From: Mycoplasma mobile 163K
GTDB lineage: Bacteria > Bacillota_I > Bacilli_A > Mycoplasmatales > Metamycoplasmataceae
Assembly: GCF_000008365.1 (NCBI RefSeq)
Contig: NC_006908.1
Location: forward strand, 462,851-486,850
Length of the DNA stretch: 24,000 bases
Direction of reading: 5' to 3'
This document shows, in pieces, positions 1-10,038 of this stretch. The stretch's first letter is position 1; each line of letters opens with the position of its first letter. The translations under genes were made by a program, and so were the position numbers. Below the pieces are notes generated by a model. It had not been told where the DNA came from. It saw nothing but the letters and a program-made list of their open reading frames with translations, and made no database searches.

Positions 1-182
1 TTTCAAAATGGCATTTTTCTTGCTTGCTCTATTGAACCAACTACTATAGCTATTTTCTTATTTTTAGGGCGATTTTTTAACTCATAGAGTAAATTAGGAT
101 TTTCATGATGGATACTAATTCCAATTCCTGTTACTGTATCTGTTGAAACAATAAAAACATCTTTAAATTTATTCATATTCAT
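1..182 (-). CDS. tsaC: L-threonylcarbamoyladenylate synthase, TsaC/YwlC/Sua5 family (N-terminal ~60 codons; gene runs off the left edge)
   Basis: Minus-strand ATG at 182..180 (second ATG at 176). Translation MNMNKFKDVFIVSTDTVTGIGISIHHENPNLLYELKNRPKNKKIAIVVGSIEQ matches the family N-terminal pattern (PTDTVYGLG ... K.RP..KPL.v.v.s.eq). The part of track ORF 3..362 upstream of 182 is low-complexity and overlaps fpg, so I do not count it as coding. Confidence 0.6.
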
Positions 183-204
183 TATTATAAAGTAAAATTT
201 AATC

Positions 205-1029
205 ATGCCTGAATTACCAGAAGTAAAAACCGTTATTTTACATTTAAAAAAACTTATATTAGATAAAACAATTTCGAAAATTGAGATTTTTATCCCTAAA
301 ATGATAAAAGAAATTTCAAGTGAAGAGTTTAAAAAATATTTAGAAAATGAAACTATTTTCAATATTGAAAACGAAGGAAAATTTATTGTCTTTTTTTTAA
401 GTAATAATAAAATTATGTTGTCTCACCTTAGAATGGAAGGAGGATATAATTTTTATTCCAAAAAAAGACAAAAAGAAATTCATGATAGATTGATTTTTCA
501 TTTTACTGATGGATCTTCATTACATTATCACGATTCAAGAATGTTTGGTACATTTCATTTTAGAAATAGTGAAAATTATTTGAAAATTAAACCTTTATCC
601 TTAGTGGCTCCTGTTCCGTGAAAAATTGATTTAGATGAATTTTTTAAGCTTTTAAAAAGAAAAAAAACTGCAATCAAAAAAATTTTGTTAGATCAACAAA
701 TAATTGCAGGTTTAGGAAATATTTATGTTGATGAAACTTTATTTGCTTCTAAAGTTCATCCTGAATTTAAAGCAAATCAATTATCTTTAGAACAAGTAAA
801 GTTAATATTGAAAAATGCAACAAGAATTTTACAAGAATCAACTAAATTAGGTGGCTCTTCAATTAGAAGTTATACTTCTTTAAATGAAAAAGAAGGATCT
901 TTTCAAAATTTCTTGCAAGTTCATACAAAATTTAATAAGCCTTGCCCTAATTGTGGTGAATTGATCCAAAAAATAAAACTTGGTGGAAGAGGGACATATT
1001 TTTGTAAAAAATGTCAACAACTAAATTAG
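205..1029 (+). CDS. fpg: Formamidopyrimidine-DNA glycosylase (Fpg/MutM)
   Basis: Track ORFs 205..621 and 685..1029 share a frame and are joined through TGA (Trp) at 619..621. N-terminal catalytic MPELPEV; C-terminal zinc finger CPNCGELIQKIKLGGRGTYFCKKCQ; real stop TAG at 1027..1029. Confidence 0.93.
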
Positions 1030-3548
1030 TTATTGCTTAATTTGTCAATTGCAATAATAATACTTTCAAATGAGTTGAATTTATTTAAATGAGATTTTAT
1101 TAGCAAATTAGCTTGTTTGGATTTTGTTTTTAAAAATTTATAAATTATATTTTTAATTGTTTTTAAAATAATTAAATTTTTAGGAACACTTAAAATTTCA
1201 AAAATTTCAACTAACGCATTCAATAAAAGAGTTATCGAATTTTCAAAAGTTTCAAAATCATTATTTTCTTGACAATATTCATATAAAGAACTTGAAAAAG
1301 GTCTTGTTATTCTGAAAAGATATTTTCTAGATTTAAAAACATCAAAAGCATTTAAAGTATTTAATTCAGAATTAAATGTTCTTGTATTTAGTAAATATTT
1401 TTTAACAAAAGGATTTTTAGCTAAGTAATACATCAAGAACTTAACATCTTTAAAATCTTTTATAGATTCAGTGATAGCTGATAAATATTTAAAAAATAAT
1501 TTATAGTTTTGTTTTATGTATTTTTTTGCAATATTGGCTCGATTAAATTTACCATTTAAGGGGTATTTCAATTCCAAACTAACATAATCTAAAAATTTGA
1601 AAATTAATTCTTTTAAATGATTATTATTTATTAAAAACCATAAAGTAAAAAGCAAATTTTTTTCTTGAATTTTATATTTAAAATTGTTCAAAATTAATTG
1701 ATCAATTTCTAATTTTATTTTTTCAGTATTTAATAGTGAATCAAAAAGTTCGAATAAATCTATCAAAAATTGTTTTACATATTTTTCTGAAAAATTTGCT
1801 AAAAAATTTATGTAATTATCAATCTTACTAAACTCTAAATAATGATCAAAAAGAATAGAAGATAATTTTTTTAAAAATAAAACAAAAGAATTTGAACTTA
1901 CAATTAAATTATATAATGACTTTACTGTTTCAAAATCGGCTTTTGTAGAAAGGTTTTTTACATATGATTCAATAAATTTTTCATAAAAAATTTTTGTTAA
2001 ATTTTGATCATTCAATAAAATAAATGAAGTTTGCACAAAAGTATTTTTTATTAATGAATTATTATTTTTCAAAAAATCATCTTTATAAAAATAATTCAAA
2101 AATCTATAATAAGTTTCTTTATTAGAAAGATTTTTAATTATTATTTTTTTGAAGATTTTTAAATCTAAAAAATCTCCAATTTTTTTTGAAGAAAAAGGAT
2201 AGAAATCAATCGAATTTTGAATATTTTGAAAAATTTCTTCAATTAAATTGCTATCTAAAATTACTTTTGCTAATTTAATATAATTATTATTTTCTTCTAA
2301 AAAAAATTTTATTTTCATAGCTAAATTTTCATTTCATTTTTCTAAATATGAAACAAGCAATTGAAAATATTTGTATAAAAATTTTTCATTTACCAAAAAT
2401 AAAATTGTTAAAATTTTTTTTAAAACAATTTTTTGACTAAATGGTAATAGAATTTTTTCTTCTGAATTAAAAGATTCTAATTCTTCATCATTTGAATTTG
2501 TATAAAGATCTGTTAAGGGTTTTTTGTACTTTAAAATTTGTCTAAAATTTTTGTGATCACTTAAAAAATAATTAAATGAATAATTTTTCTTGTACATTTG
2601 TGCAATTTCAAAAGAAAAATTATCAGGAAAACTGAGTTTAAAGAAAATATCTTTTGCCATTTTTTTATAAGCAATTTGGGTTGGGTGATAATCAAAAGGT
2701 GAACGATTATAAATCTTAATATTTTTTTCAAAATTTAATTTGTCAAAAGTATTAATCAAATATATATCTTCGAATAAAGATATTGTTTTTTCTACTATTT
2801 TATTTATATTGTTATTAATAGAATTTAATAAATTCAGTTCTGTGTTTTTATAATTAACTTTTAATATGTTTTCAAGTCTAAAAAAGAAATTAGGAGGAAT
2901 GATGTAAACAATAGCTGCGTTTGGATTTTTTTCTCTTAAAGTTTTTAGCACTTCAAAAAGATCTACTTTAAAATCTTTTTGTTTTTTTATAAAGCTTTCT
3001 CAAAATAAATTAATATTATTTTTTTCTGAAACAAATACATTAAGTAGAATTTTTTCAAGAGGGAAATCTCAAAAAATATCATTAAAACCTAAAGTTATTG
3101 TGATTAGATTAGCAGATTGGATTAAAGAATTAAAATTTTCATATTTTACTTCTGATTCATTTGGATTAAACTTGATTTTAAAATCATCTTTGAAAACATT
3201 AGAAAGATCAGGATCCTGATCTTTAAGTAAATTTAATTTAATTATATTTTCTGAATTTAAAAAAGAATGGTCCTTTTTTTTAGAATTTAAAAAGTACAAT
3301 ACATCTTTAGCTCTTGCACCTAAAAACGAGTAATTTTCAAATCATTCTAGTTTAATTTCATCATTATTTTTTAAAAAAATATCAGCTAAATACGAAGGGA
3401 AATTAATTCCTAATTTTTTGCTATGCTCAGATTTAAAATAACCTGGGTATTGATTACTATAAAAAACTGAATAACCTAAAGAAAAATCATCTCCAATAGC
3501 AAGATATCTTATTTTTTCAGAAATACTTATAGCTTTTTTTCTATACAT
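1026..3548 (-). CDS. Large hypothetical protein: N-terminal SGNH/GDSL-hydrolase-like domain fused in frame to a ~430-aa Asn/Lys/Phe-rich helical domain of unknown function
   Basis: Track ORFs 3342..3548, 3069..3299, 2334..2951 and 1026..2318 all share one frame. The only codons separating them are TGA (3342, 3069, 3000, 2334), and I found no TAA/TAG when reading the junctions by hand. SGNH-like blocks: YLAIGDDFSLGY (block I), ITLGFNDIF (GxND), DYHPTQ (DxxH). ATG at 3548, stop TAA at 1026..1028. No TM segment or signal peptide is obvious. Confidence 0.65.
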
Positions 3549-3611
3549 ATTCTAATTTTATATTTTTTAAAAATATTTTTAGAAAAATGTTATTTGAATA
3601 TGGGGTAAAAA

Positions 3612-4334
3612 ATGAAAGAAATTATTATTTATTTTTCAATAAAATATCAAGGAGATTATTTTAAAATTAAAAATGCACTAATAAAAATGGAAAAAATTGA
3701 TATAGAAAAATTAATACAATGGAACAAAAAACTTGAAAATAATAAAATAAAAGTCTTGACAAAATTTGATCAAACTTATCCAAATTCTTTTAAAAATATT
3801 AAATATTCGCCCTATGCTATTTTTTACAAAGGAAATATAGATTTGCTAAATAGCGAGAAAATAATGCTTGTTGGAGATTCTTTTGAAAAAAGTTATGAGG
3901 ATATTGAAAATAGTTTGCATCCGATAATTTTGAAAAAGACACTATTGTCATTGGGTTTTAAAAACTTCGATGAAAAAATTTACAATTTATTTAAAAATAA
4001 TAATGGAAAAATTATTAGTTTTTCAGCAAATGGTTTAATCGATCAATATATGTTTAATGAAATTGATTTAAATTTAAATAATTTAATAATTAGTGAATAC
4101 CCTTTTAAAATAAATTTAAGTAAAAGAAAACTATTTAAAAGAAATTATTTATCAAGTATCCTTTCAGATTTTTTAATAATTTATAATTCAGAAAAAAATT
4201 CAAAGCTATTCAATTTAATAAATTTTTTCCTAAATAGTGGAAAGGAAATATTTTGCTTTCCTCCAAAAGGAGATGATGGAAATTTAATTCTTCTTAATGA
4301 TGGAGCTAATTTTGTTACAAAAATTGTTGTTTAA
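3612..4334 (+). CDS. dprA: DNA-processing protein DprA/Smf-like (short, divergent)
   Basis: 240-aa intact ORF. Pattern matches to DprA: TKFDQTYPNSFKNIKYSPYAIFYKGNIDLL (YP..L..i..pP..LfykGn..ll), IISEYPFKINLSKRKLFKRNYLSS (liSEyP......F..RNrlis), GKEIFCFPP...GNLILLNDGANFV (gr.vfa.Pg...N.Li..GA). End coordinate taken from the track. Confidence 0.6.
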   Translation: MKEIIIYFSIKYQGDYFKIKNALIKMEKIDIEKLIQWNKKLENNKIKVLTKFDQTYPNSFKNIKYSPYAIFYKGNIDLLNSEKIMLVGDSFEKSYEDIENSLHPIILKKTLLSLGFKNFDEKIYNLFKNNNGKIISFSANGLIDQYMFNEIDLNLNNLIISEYPFKINLSKRKLFKRNYLSSILSDFLIIYNSEKNSKLFNLINFFLNSGKEIFCFPPKGDDGNLILLNDGANFVTKIVV

Positions 4335-5428
4335 TTTTCTAAAGATTTGACTTTACTTTTGTATTTAGGTATTAATTTTTTTCCTACAAAAGTTTGATAA
4401 TATGCTGCATTAATAATTAAACCTGCATAAAGATAAAAAGATAATTGTAAAATTAAAATGACTAAAAACATAAAAGTTCCTATAGTCCCAAAATTACCAT
4501 AATTAATTAAATCTATTGATGATAACGAACCAAAAATAACAATAAATAAACTAGTCGGAATTGTTGTGACAATAGCTCCTGGACTAACATCTTTAAATTT
4601 CAATTTAAAGCTTGGGCTTAATTTAAATAACAATAAAAAAGCAACATATGAACTAAAAATAATTAGAATAAATGACAAAATATAAAAAATTGCAAAAAAA
4701 GTTGTTGGAGATTGAATAAGTAAATTTTCCTTTAAGATTTTTACAATCGGAATTACAACAAGTAAAACCAAAGACATAAATACACTTAATCCTAAAACAA
4801 TTAAAATTCCTTTAATTCTTAAAATTAAATTATTTTCAATGTTTTGAAAATTATATATAAGTGATTCACTCTTGATAAATTTTACAAAACCATTTGAAGA
4901 TAATCAAAACGAGGATGCAAGTAAAATTATTAGTGCAACTGTACCTACAGTGCTAGATTGGAAAAATTCTTGGATTGCAGGAATAGATGATTCGATTCCT
5001 GGAATTAATCTTCCTAATATATCTGTTCTTAAAATTTCTGTAAATTCAAGATTAAATGAAAAAACTGAAAAAACTATTGTCAATATCGGAATAAAAGCCA
5101 TAAACAAATACAATGCAAGACCTGCAGGGATAAAAGCAAATTCCTTACTTTGAATCTTTTTATATGTATTATCTACAAGTTCTTCATTAAGAGCTTTGTT
5201 TTTATTTCATTTAACTCTTGATGAAGTTATTCTAAGTCCAAAATTTAATATTGATTTGATTATTTTTTTTAATGTTTTATTTTCATAAACTGGGACAACC
5301 ATTTTTGAACTTACAAATGATTTTCTATTTATTTTATCTTTAGAAGAAAATTTGAAAATTTTAGAAATTTTCCTTGGTTTTTTCCTATTAAAATTTTCTC
5401 ATCCAATTCCTAAACTTTTTTTAAACAT
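4331..5428 (-). CDS. YihY/BrkB (ribonuclease BN-like) family integral membrane protein
   Basis: Track ORFs 4331..4777 and 4904..5113 are in frame and joined through TGA. The frame stays open up to ATG at 5428 (MFKKSLGIGWENFNRKK...). Multiple hydrophobic spans. FIPAGLALYLFMAFIPILTIV and ...GTVALIILLASSF resemble the YihY core. It starts 8 nt after the gatB stop, so it is probably co-transcribed. Confidence 0.6.
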
Positions 5429-5436
5429 ATTTATAA

Positions 5437-6864
5437 TTATACTTTTTTAAATTTTTCATCTAAATATTTTTTAGCAAGATTAAAAGATAATACAGGATTT
5501 GCTTGACCTTCTGTTTCTTTCATCACAAAACCAGTTAGATATTTCAAAACTTTTTCAGGTTTATTTGGATATTCTAAAATAATTTCATTTTTATCTTTAG
5601 ATGCTTTATTTATTAAATTAAAAATTAAATCCTCATCTGAAATCAATCTTAAATTATTTCTTGAAACAATATCTTCTACTTTTTCATTTTTAGTGAAAAT
5701 TTCATTAATTATAGTTTTTAAATGTTTTCCAGAAATTTCTCCATTATCCAAAAATTTTAATGCAATAACAAATTCTGAAAAATTGAACTTTAGATCTTTA
5801 ATGTGTACATTTTTTGAATTCGCTAGAGAAATTAATTCAGAAAAAAATACTTTAGAAAGCTTTTCACGATTAGGATAAATAATTGATTCAAATACTAAAA
5901 GCATTTGAAAATCGTTCAAAAATTGTTGTACAAATTCAGATGAAATATTTTGAGATAATAATTTTTTTTCAATGTTTCATGGAAGATTTTCAACTTTAAT
6001 TTTATCTATAAAATCTTTTGGAATTCTTATAAAAGGAATGTTGGGCTCTGGAATATACTTATAATCAATTGTTTTACTTTTAGTTCTCATAACAACTGTT
6101 TCATTTTTAGATTCATCAAATCTTTTTGTTTGGGATTCAATTTTTTCGTTGGATAAGATTTTTTTAATTTGTAAGTTTTTTTCAAATTCAATAGCTTTTT
6201 TAAGATTAGAAACAGAGTTTAAGTTTTTAATTTCAACTTTTTCTCCTAAAAACTTTTGTCCAAAAGGTCTTATAGAAATATTTACATCAGCTCTCAAAGA
6301 TCCCTCTGACATTTTTGCATCACTTATGTCTATAAATGAAACAATTTTTCTAATCATATCAACATAATTTGCAGCTTCTTCTGCATTTGAAATAATAGGT
6401 TTTGTGACAATTTCAATTAATGGAACTCCTGCTCTATTGTAATCGACCAAAGTCTTATCATTAAGGTGAATTTGCTTTGCAGTGTCTTCTTCTAAATGAA
6501 TTCTTTCAATTAAAATTTCTTTTTTCTTTCCATTTGATTCTATTGTTAATGTTCCGTTTTTTCCAATTGGAAAATTTTGTTGTGTTATTTGAAATGATTT
6601 TGGAAGATCAGGATAAAAATAATTTTTTCTATCAAAACGCAATAAGGTATCAATTTCCATATTTAAAGCTTTTGCAAGTTTTATTGCTTTGACAACTGCT
6701 TCTTTATTAAGTCTTGGTAGGGTCCCTGGATAAGCCACATCAATCGGATGCACCAAAGTGTTGGGTTTTTCATTAAATTTATTTGGTGCAGGAGAAAACA
6801 TTTTTGTTTTCGTATTCAACTCAATATGTATTTCAATACCAATTACTGTTTCGAAAGTATTCAT
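5437..6864 (-). CDS. gatB: Asp-tRNA(Asn)/Glu-tRNA(Gln) amidotransferase subunit B
   Basis: Track ORFs 5437..5919 and 5977..6864 are in frame and joined through TGA at 5977..5979. Gives 475 aa. N-terminus MNTFETVIGIEIHIELNTKTKMFS and C-terminal YqeY-like tail are typical GatB. Stop TAA at 5437..5439. Confidence 0.95.
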
Positions 6865-6865
6865 G

Positions 6866-8206
6866 TTATCTAATTCCTTTTTTGCTTAAAAATTCTTCTA
6901 AAAATAATGAATATGAAAACAATTTTTCATCATCGTAAATATTTGTCTCAATTGTGATATTTATAGGTAATTTTTCATTTTGACTTGTAATTCAAGGAAT
7001 AGAAATAGAAGGATTACCAACTAAATTAGATAAAGTTAAAATATATGGCATGTATCCATAATTATTTTTTTCATTAGAAGAAATAGAATCAATTTTAGGA
7101 GCAACTTCAGGAGAAGATGGCATCAATATCATATCAATTTTTAACTTATTAAAAAATGATAATATAGAATCCTTTAAAATTCTTCTAACTTTTTGAGCTC
7201 TTAAAAATAGATCTTCTTGATTTTCAACATCTAAAAAATATGCACCAAGAGTTAATCTTTTTTGAACCATATAGCCAAAATTTTCACTCCTTGTATTTAT
7301 CATGATTTCTTCCCAATTATTACCATGCTTTTTATTACCAAAAGCCATTCCATTTAAATTAGCTAAATTTGTAGAAGCTTCTGAATAAGAAATGATTCTA
7401 TAAACTACTTGAATTAGCAATAAGTATTCTTCTGGAATTTCTAAAACATTAATTTTTATTCCTTCGTTTTCCAAAATATTGATTAAATCATTAAATTTTT
7501 TTGATGTTTCTTCACCTAAAAATTTATAACAATTAAAAATTCCAATTGTTTTTGGTTTTTCAGCTTTAACTATATTCATTTTTACATCTAAACTTGTAAA
7601 ATCTTTTTCATCTTTACCATATAAAACTTTAGCAAGAATATTACTATCTTGAACATTATGAGTAAATCAACCTACTGTATCTAAACTTGAGGCAAAAGGA
7701 AATAAACCATACCTAGAAACAGATCCATAAGATGGTTTAAATCCAACTTTTCCAACAAAAGAAGCAGGTAACCTTACTGAATCTCCTGTGTCAGTACCAA
7801 TTGCAAAACTTAACTTTTCATTAAAAATTGCAGCAGAACCTGATGAAGAACCTCCTACAATTCTTGTTGAATCTAAAGGGTTTAAAATCACACCTTTTGA
7901 TGAAAATGTTCCTGTTGCACCTAAACCAAATTCATCCAAGTTAGTTTTACCAACTAAAGCTGCACCTTCTTTTTGTAATTTAGTAATAATTGTTGAATTA
8001 TAAAATGGTTTAAATCCTTTCAAAAAATCCGAAGAACCTTCAGAAGTAGAATTACTATGAGCAAAAACATCTTTCAAAACATAGGTTGTTTTTGAAAGAA
8101 GACCTTCTGAATTTTTAGCATCCAAAAAAACATGAGAAACTGCATTGTTTTTGTCGTTTTTTAAATGTTCTATAGCATTTTTAATATTTGTAGTAAATTT
8201 AAACAT
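6866..8206 (-). CDS. gatA: Glutamyl-tRNA(Gln) amidotransferase subunit A
   Basis: Track ORFs 6992..7579 and 7667..8206 are in frame and joined through TGAs (7667, 6992). Hand translation continues to TAA at 6866..6868. Amidase signature GGSSSGSAA and GTDTGDSVRLPASF present. Ends 1 nt before the gatB ATG. Confidence 0.92.
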
Positions 8207-8208
8207 AA

Positions 8209-8517
8209 TTATTTGACCACTTTTGAAACAACGACATAGTCTTGATAAAAATCTTTTGCATTTTCAAAAATTTGATCTTGAGTTAACAATTCGCTTGTAT
8301 CAGAATCATCTTCTCTTAAATAAAAAGTTTCATTTTCATTTATATGTGACAAAGCCTTGATATTTTTTATATCAACTTTTTTTAGTAAGACTAAAGTCTT
8401 TTCAATTGCATTAAATTCTCTTTCTAATGAATTTAGTACTTTTTCTGAAGGTATAAGTTTAATAGAAATCGCAATTTCTTTAAATTGATGTTTGTTCAAA
8501 GTAACTCCTCTCGACAA
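8209..8517 (-). CDS. gatC: Glutamyl-tRNA(Gln) amidotransferase subunit C
   Basis: About 100-aa ORF immediately upstream of gatA (stop 8209..8211, gatA ATG at 8206). GatC-like ...FKEIAISIKLIPSEK...YLREDD.... The start is a TTG at 8517; an internal TTG near 8499 is an equally plausible start. Confidence 0.8.
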   Translation of the reverse strand: MSRGVTLNKHQFKEIAISIKLIPSEKVLNSLEREFNAIEKTLVLLKKVDIKNIKALSHINENETFYLREDDSDTSELLTQDQIFENAKDFYQDYVVVSKVVK

Positions 8518-8536
8518 AATGTATTTTCTTTAGTTT

Positions 8537-8568
8537 CATTATATATAAAAAACAGCATTTTAATTCCA
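8537..8568 (-). promoter_or_regulatory. Candidate sigma-70-type promoter for gatCAB (minus strand)
   Basis: Minus-strand reading TTGGAA (8568..8563), then TATATA/TATAAT (8546..8537) with a 16-20 nt spacer, about 20 nt upstream of the gatC start. Sequence pattern only. Confidence 0.35.
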
Positions 8569-8621
8569 AAACCTAAAGTCTTTATGTTGAAAAAAATTCT
8601 CAAATAAAATTTAATAAAAAA

Positions 8622-8649
8622 GTGAAAAAAATTGTATTTACAGTATAAT
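8622..8649 (+). promoter_or_regulatory. Candidate promoter of the mraZ operon
   Basis: GTGAAA (8622..8627), 16-nt spacer, TATAAT (8644..8649). Lies directly upstream of the MraZ boxes. Pattern only. Confidence 0.4.
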
Positions 8650-8657
8650 AAAGGTAG

Positions 8658-8684
8658 ATAGTGGCAAAAAGTGGGAGAAAGTGG
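8658..8684 (+). promoter_or_regulatory. MraZ operator: three direct heptamer repeats with 10-bp periodicity
   Basis: ATAGTGG (8658..8664) caa AAAGTGG (8668..8674) gag AAAGTGG (8678..8684), followed by the mraZ ATG at 8686. Matches the mollicute MraZ site described as AAAGTG[G/T] repeats with 3-nt spacers, and the GTGG(G)-repeat operators of other bacteria. Confidence 0.7.
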
Positions 8685-8685
8685 A

Positions 8686-9126
8686 ATGTTTGGATCATAT
8701 GAAAAAACTTTAGATTCTAAAAATAGATTAGTTATTCCATCTAAATTCAGAGATGAACTTGGTGAAACATTTTACATTACACTTGGTTTTGAAAAATCAC
8801 TTGAATTTAGGAGTAAAAAATCTTTTGAAGAATTTAGTAATAAAATCAGTTCAAACAATTTACTTGATTCAAAAATGAGAGAATTAAGTCGTTATATTTT
8901 TGCAAACACTATTGAAGTCAGTTCAGATAAATTAGGTAGAGTTATTATTTTGGATAACTTATTAAAAAAAGCTGAAATTGAAAAGGATGCTGTTATTGTC
9001 GGTGTTGGTAATAAGGCTGAATTATGATCAAAAGAAAAATTTGAAAAAATTACAAATATATACGAAAATGAAGAGAACATTAAAAAATTAACACAAGAAT
9101 TATTTGAAAAAGGTGCAGTTTTATAA
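8686..9126 (+). CDS. mraZ: Transcriptional regulator MraZ
   Basis: MFGSYEKTLDSKNRLVIPSKFRDELG... with two DxxxR-type (SpoVT/AbrB-like) half domains (LDSKNRLVIP, SDKLGRVII). The track ORF stops at TGA 9025..9027; reading it as Trp extends to TAA 9124..9126. I prefer the ATG at 8686 over the GTG at 8671 because homologs begin MF.G. Confidence 0.92.
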
Positions 9127-10034
9127 TGGAATCAAATGTTCATATTCCTATACTGTTAAATGAAGTTTTGAGTGCTTTTAATTTGAAAGAAACAGATGTT
9201 GTTATTGATCTTACTTTAGGAAGAGCTGGCCATTCTCAAGAAATGCTAAAAAAAATTCCAAAAGGTTTATTAATTGGAATTGATAAAGATAAAAGTGCAA
9301 TCACATTTTCAAAAGAAAAATTAGAACAAATTGGAAGTAATTTCAAATTGTTTCATAGTGATTTTAGTAAAATTTCTGACTTATTAAAAGAATTGAAAAT
9401 TTCAAAAGTAAATGCAATTTTAATTGATTTAGGAATATCATCACCTCAAATTGACAATGCTAATAGGGGATTTAGTTATAACAAAGAATCAAGACTAGAC
9501 ATGAGAATGAATTTAGACCAAAAATTAGATGCACATTTTATTGTAAATAGTTATTCAGAAGAGCAATTAAAAAATCTTTTATATAGGAATGCAGAAATAA
9601 AAAATTCAAGACAAATAGCAAAAATTATTACTTCTAATAGGCCAATTGAAACGACTTTACAACTGAGTGTAATTCTAAAAAAATACTTGCCTGCTTTTAT
9701 TGTTAGAAAAAAAGACCCAAGTAAAGCAGTATTTCAAGCATTGAGAGTTGAAGTTAATGATGAGATAAATTCTTTAAATTTTCTTTTAAAAAATCTAGTT
9801 TCAATACTTGAAGAAAATGGAAAAGTTGCAATCATCACCTTTAACTCAATTGAAGATCGAATTGTTAAAAAATATTTTGGAAGTTTTATAAAAGATGATG
9901 TTCTAGCATTTTTACCAACTAAAAAAGAAAAAGAATTTGAAGTAAAAACTTACTTGCCTTCAAAAAAAGAATTAGAAGAAAATCCAAGATCAAAAAGCGC
10001 AAAAATGCGAGTATTAAAAAAGATAGAAAGGTAA
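9126..10034 (+). CDS. rsmH: 16S rRNA (cytosine1402-N4)-methyltransferase RsmH (MraW)
   Basis: Intact 302-aa ORF. HIPILLNEVL, DLTLGRAGHS (SAM motif), DLGISSPQID, RGFSY..., FNSIEDRIVK, SAKMRVLKK are classic RsmH blocks. The ATG overlaps the mraZ stop (TAATG). Confidence 0.95.
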   Translation: MESNVHIPILLNEVLSAFNLKETDVVIDLTLGRAGHSQEMLKKIPKGLLIGIDKDKSAITFSKEKLEQIGSNFKLFHSDFSKISDLLKELKISKVNAILIDLGISSPQIDNANRGFSYNKESRLDMRMNLDQKLDAHFIVNSYSEEQLKNLLYRNAEIKNSRQIAKIITSNRPIETTLQLSVILKKYLPAFIVRKKDPSKAVFQALRVEVNDEINSLNFLLKNLVSILEENGKVAIITFNSIEDRIVKKYFGSFIKDDVLAFLPTKKEKEFEVKTYLPSKKELEENPRSKSAKMRVLKKIER

Positions 10035-10038
10035 AAAA

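Noticed and set aside
183-362. Upstream 60 codons of track ORF 3..362 (minus) as part of the tsaC-like gene
   Set aside because: The stretch is low-complexity, overlaps the well-supported fpg CDS on the other strand, and homology to TsaC/YwlC begins right after the ATG at 182.
2316-2336. Treating 1026..2318 as an independent gene starting at ATG 2318
   Set aside because: With UGA=Trp the upstream ORF has no stop before 1026 and is in the same frame. An independent start cannot be excluded, but nothing in the sequence separates the two parts.
4319-4382. Apparent compensating 1-nt differences in an A-run (about 4319..4322) and a T-run (about 4375..4382), which would frameshift the ends of dprA and the yihY-like gene
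   Set aside because: My hand count of these homopolymers disagreed with the supplied ORF track, whose ends (4334 and 4331) give sensible C-termini. I treat this as my own counting error and used the track coordinates. It is worth a mechanical re-check.
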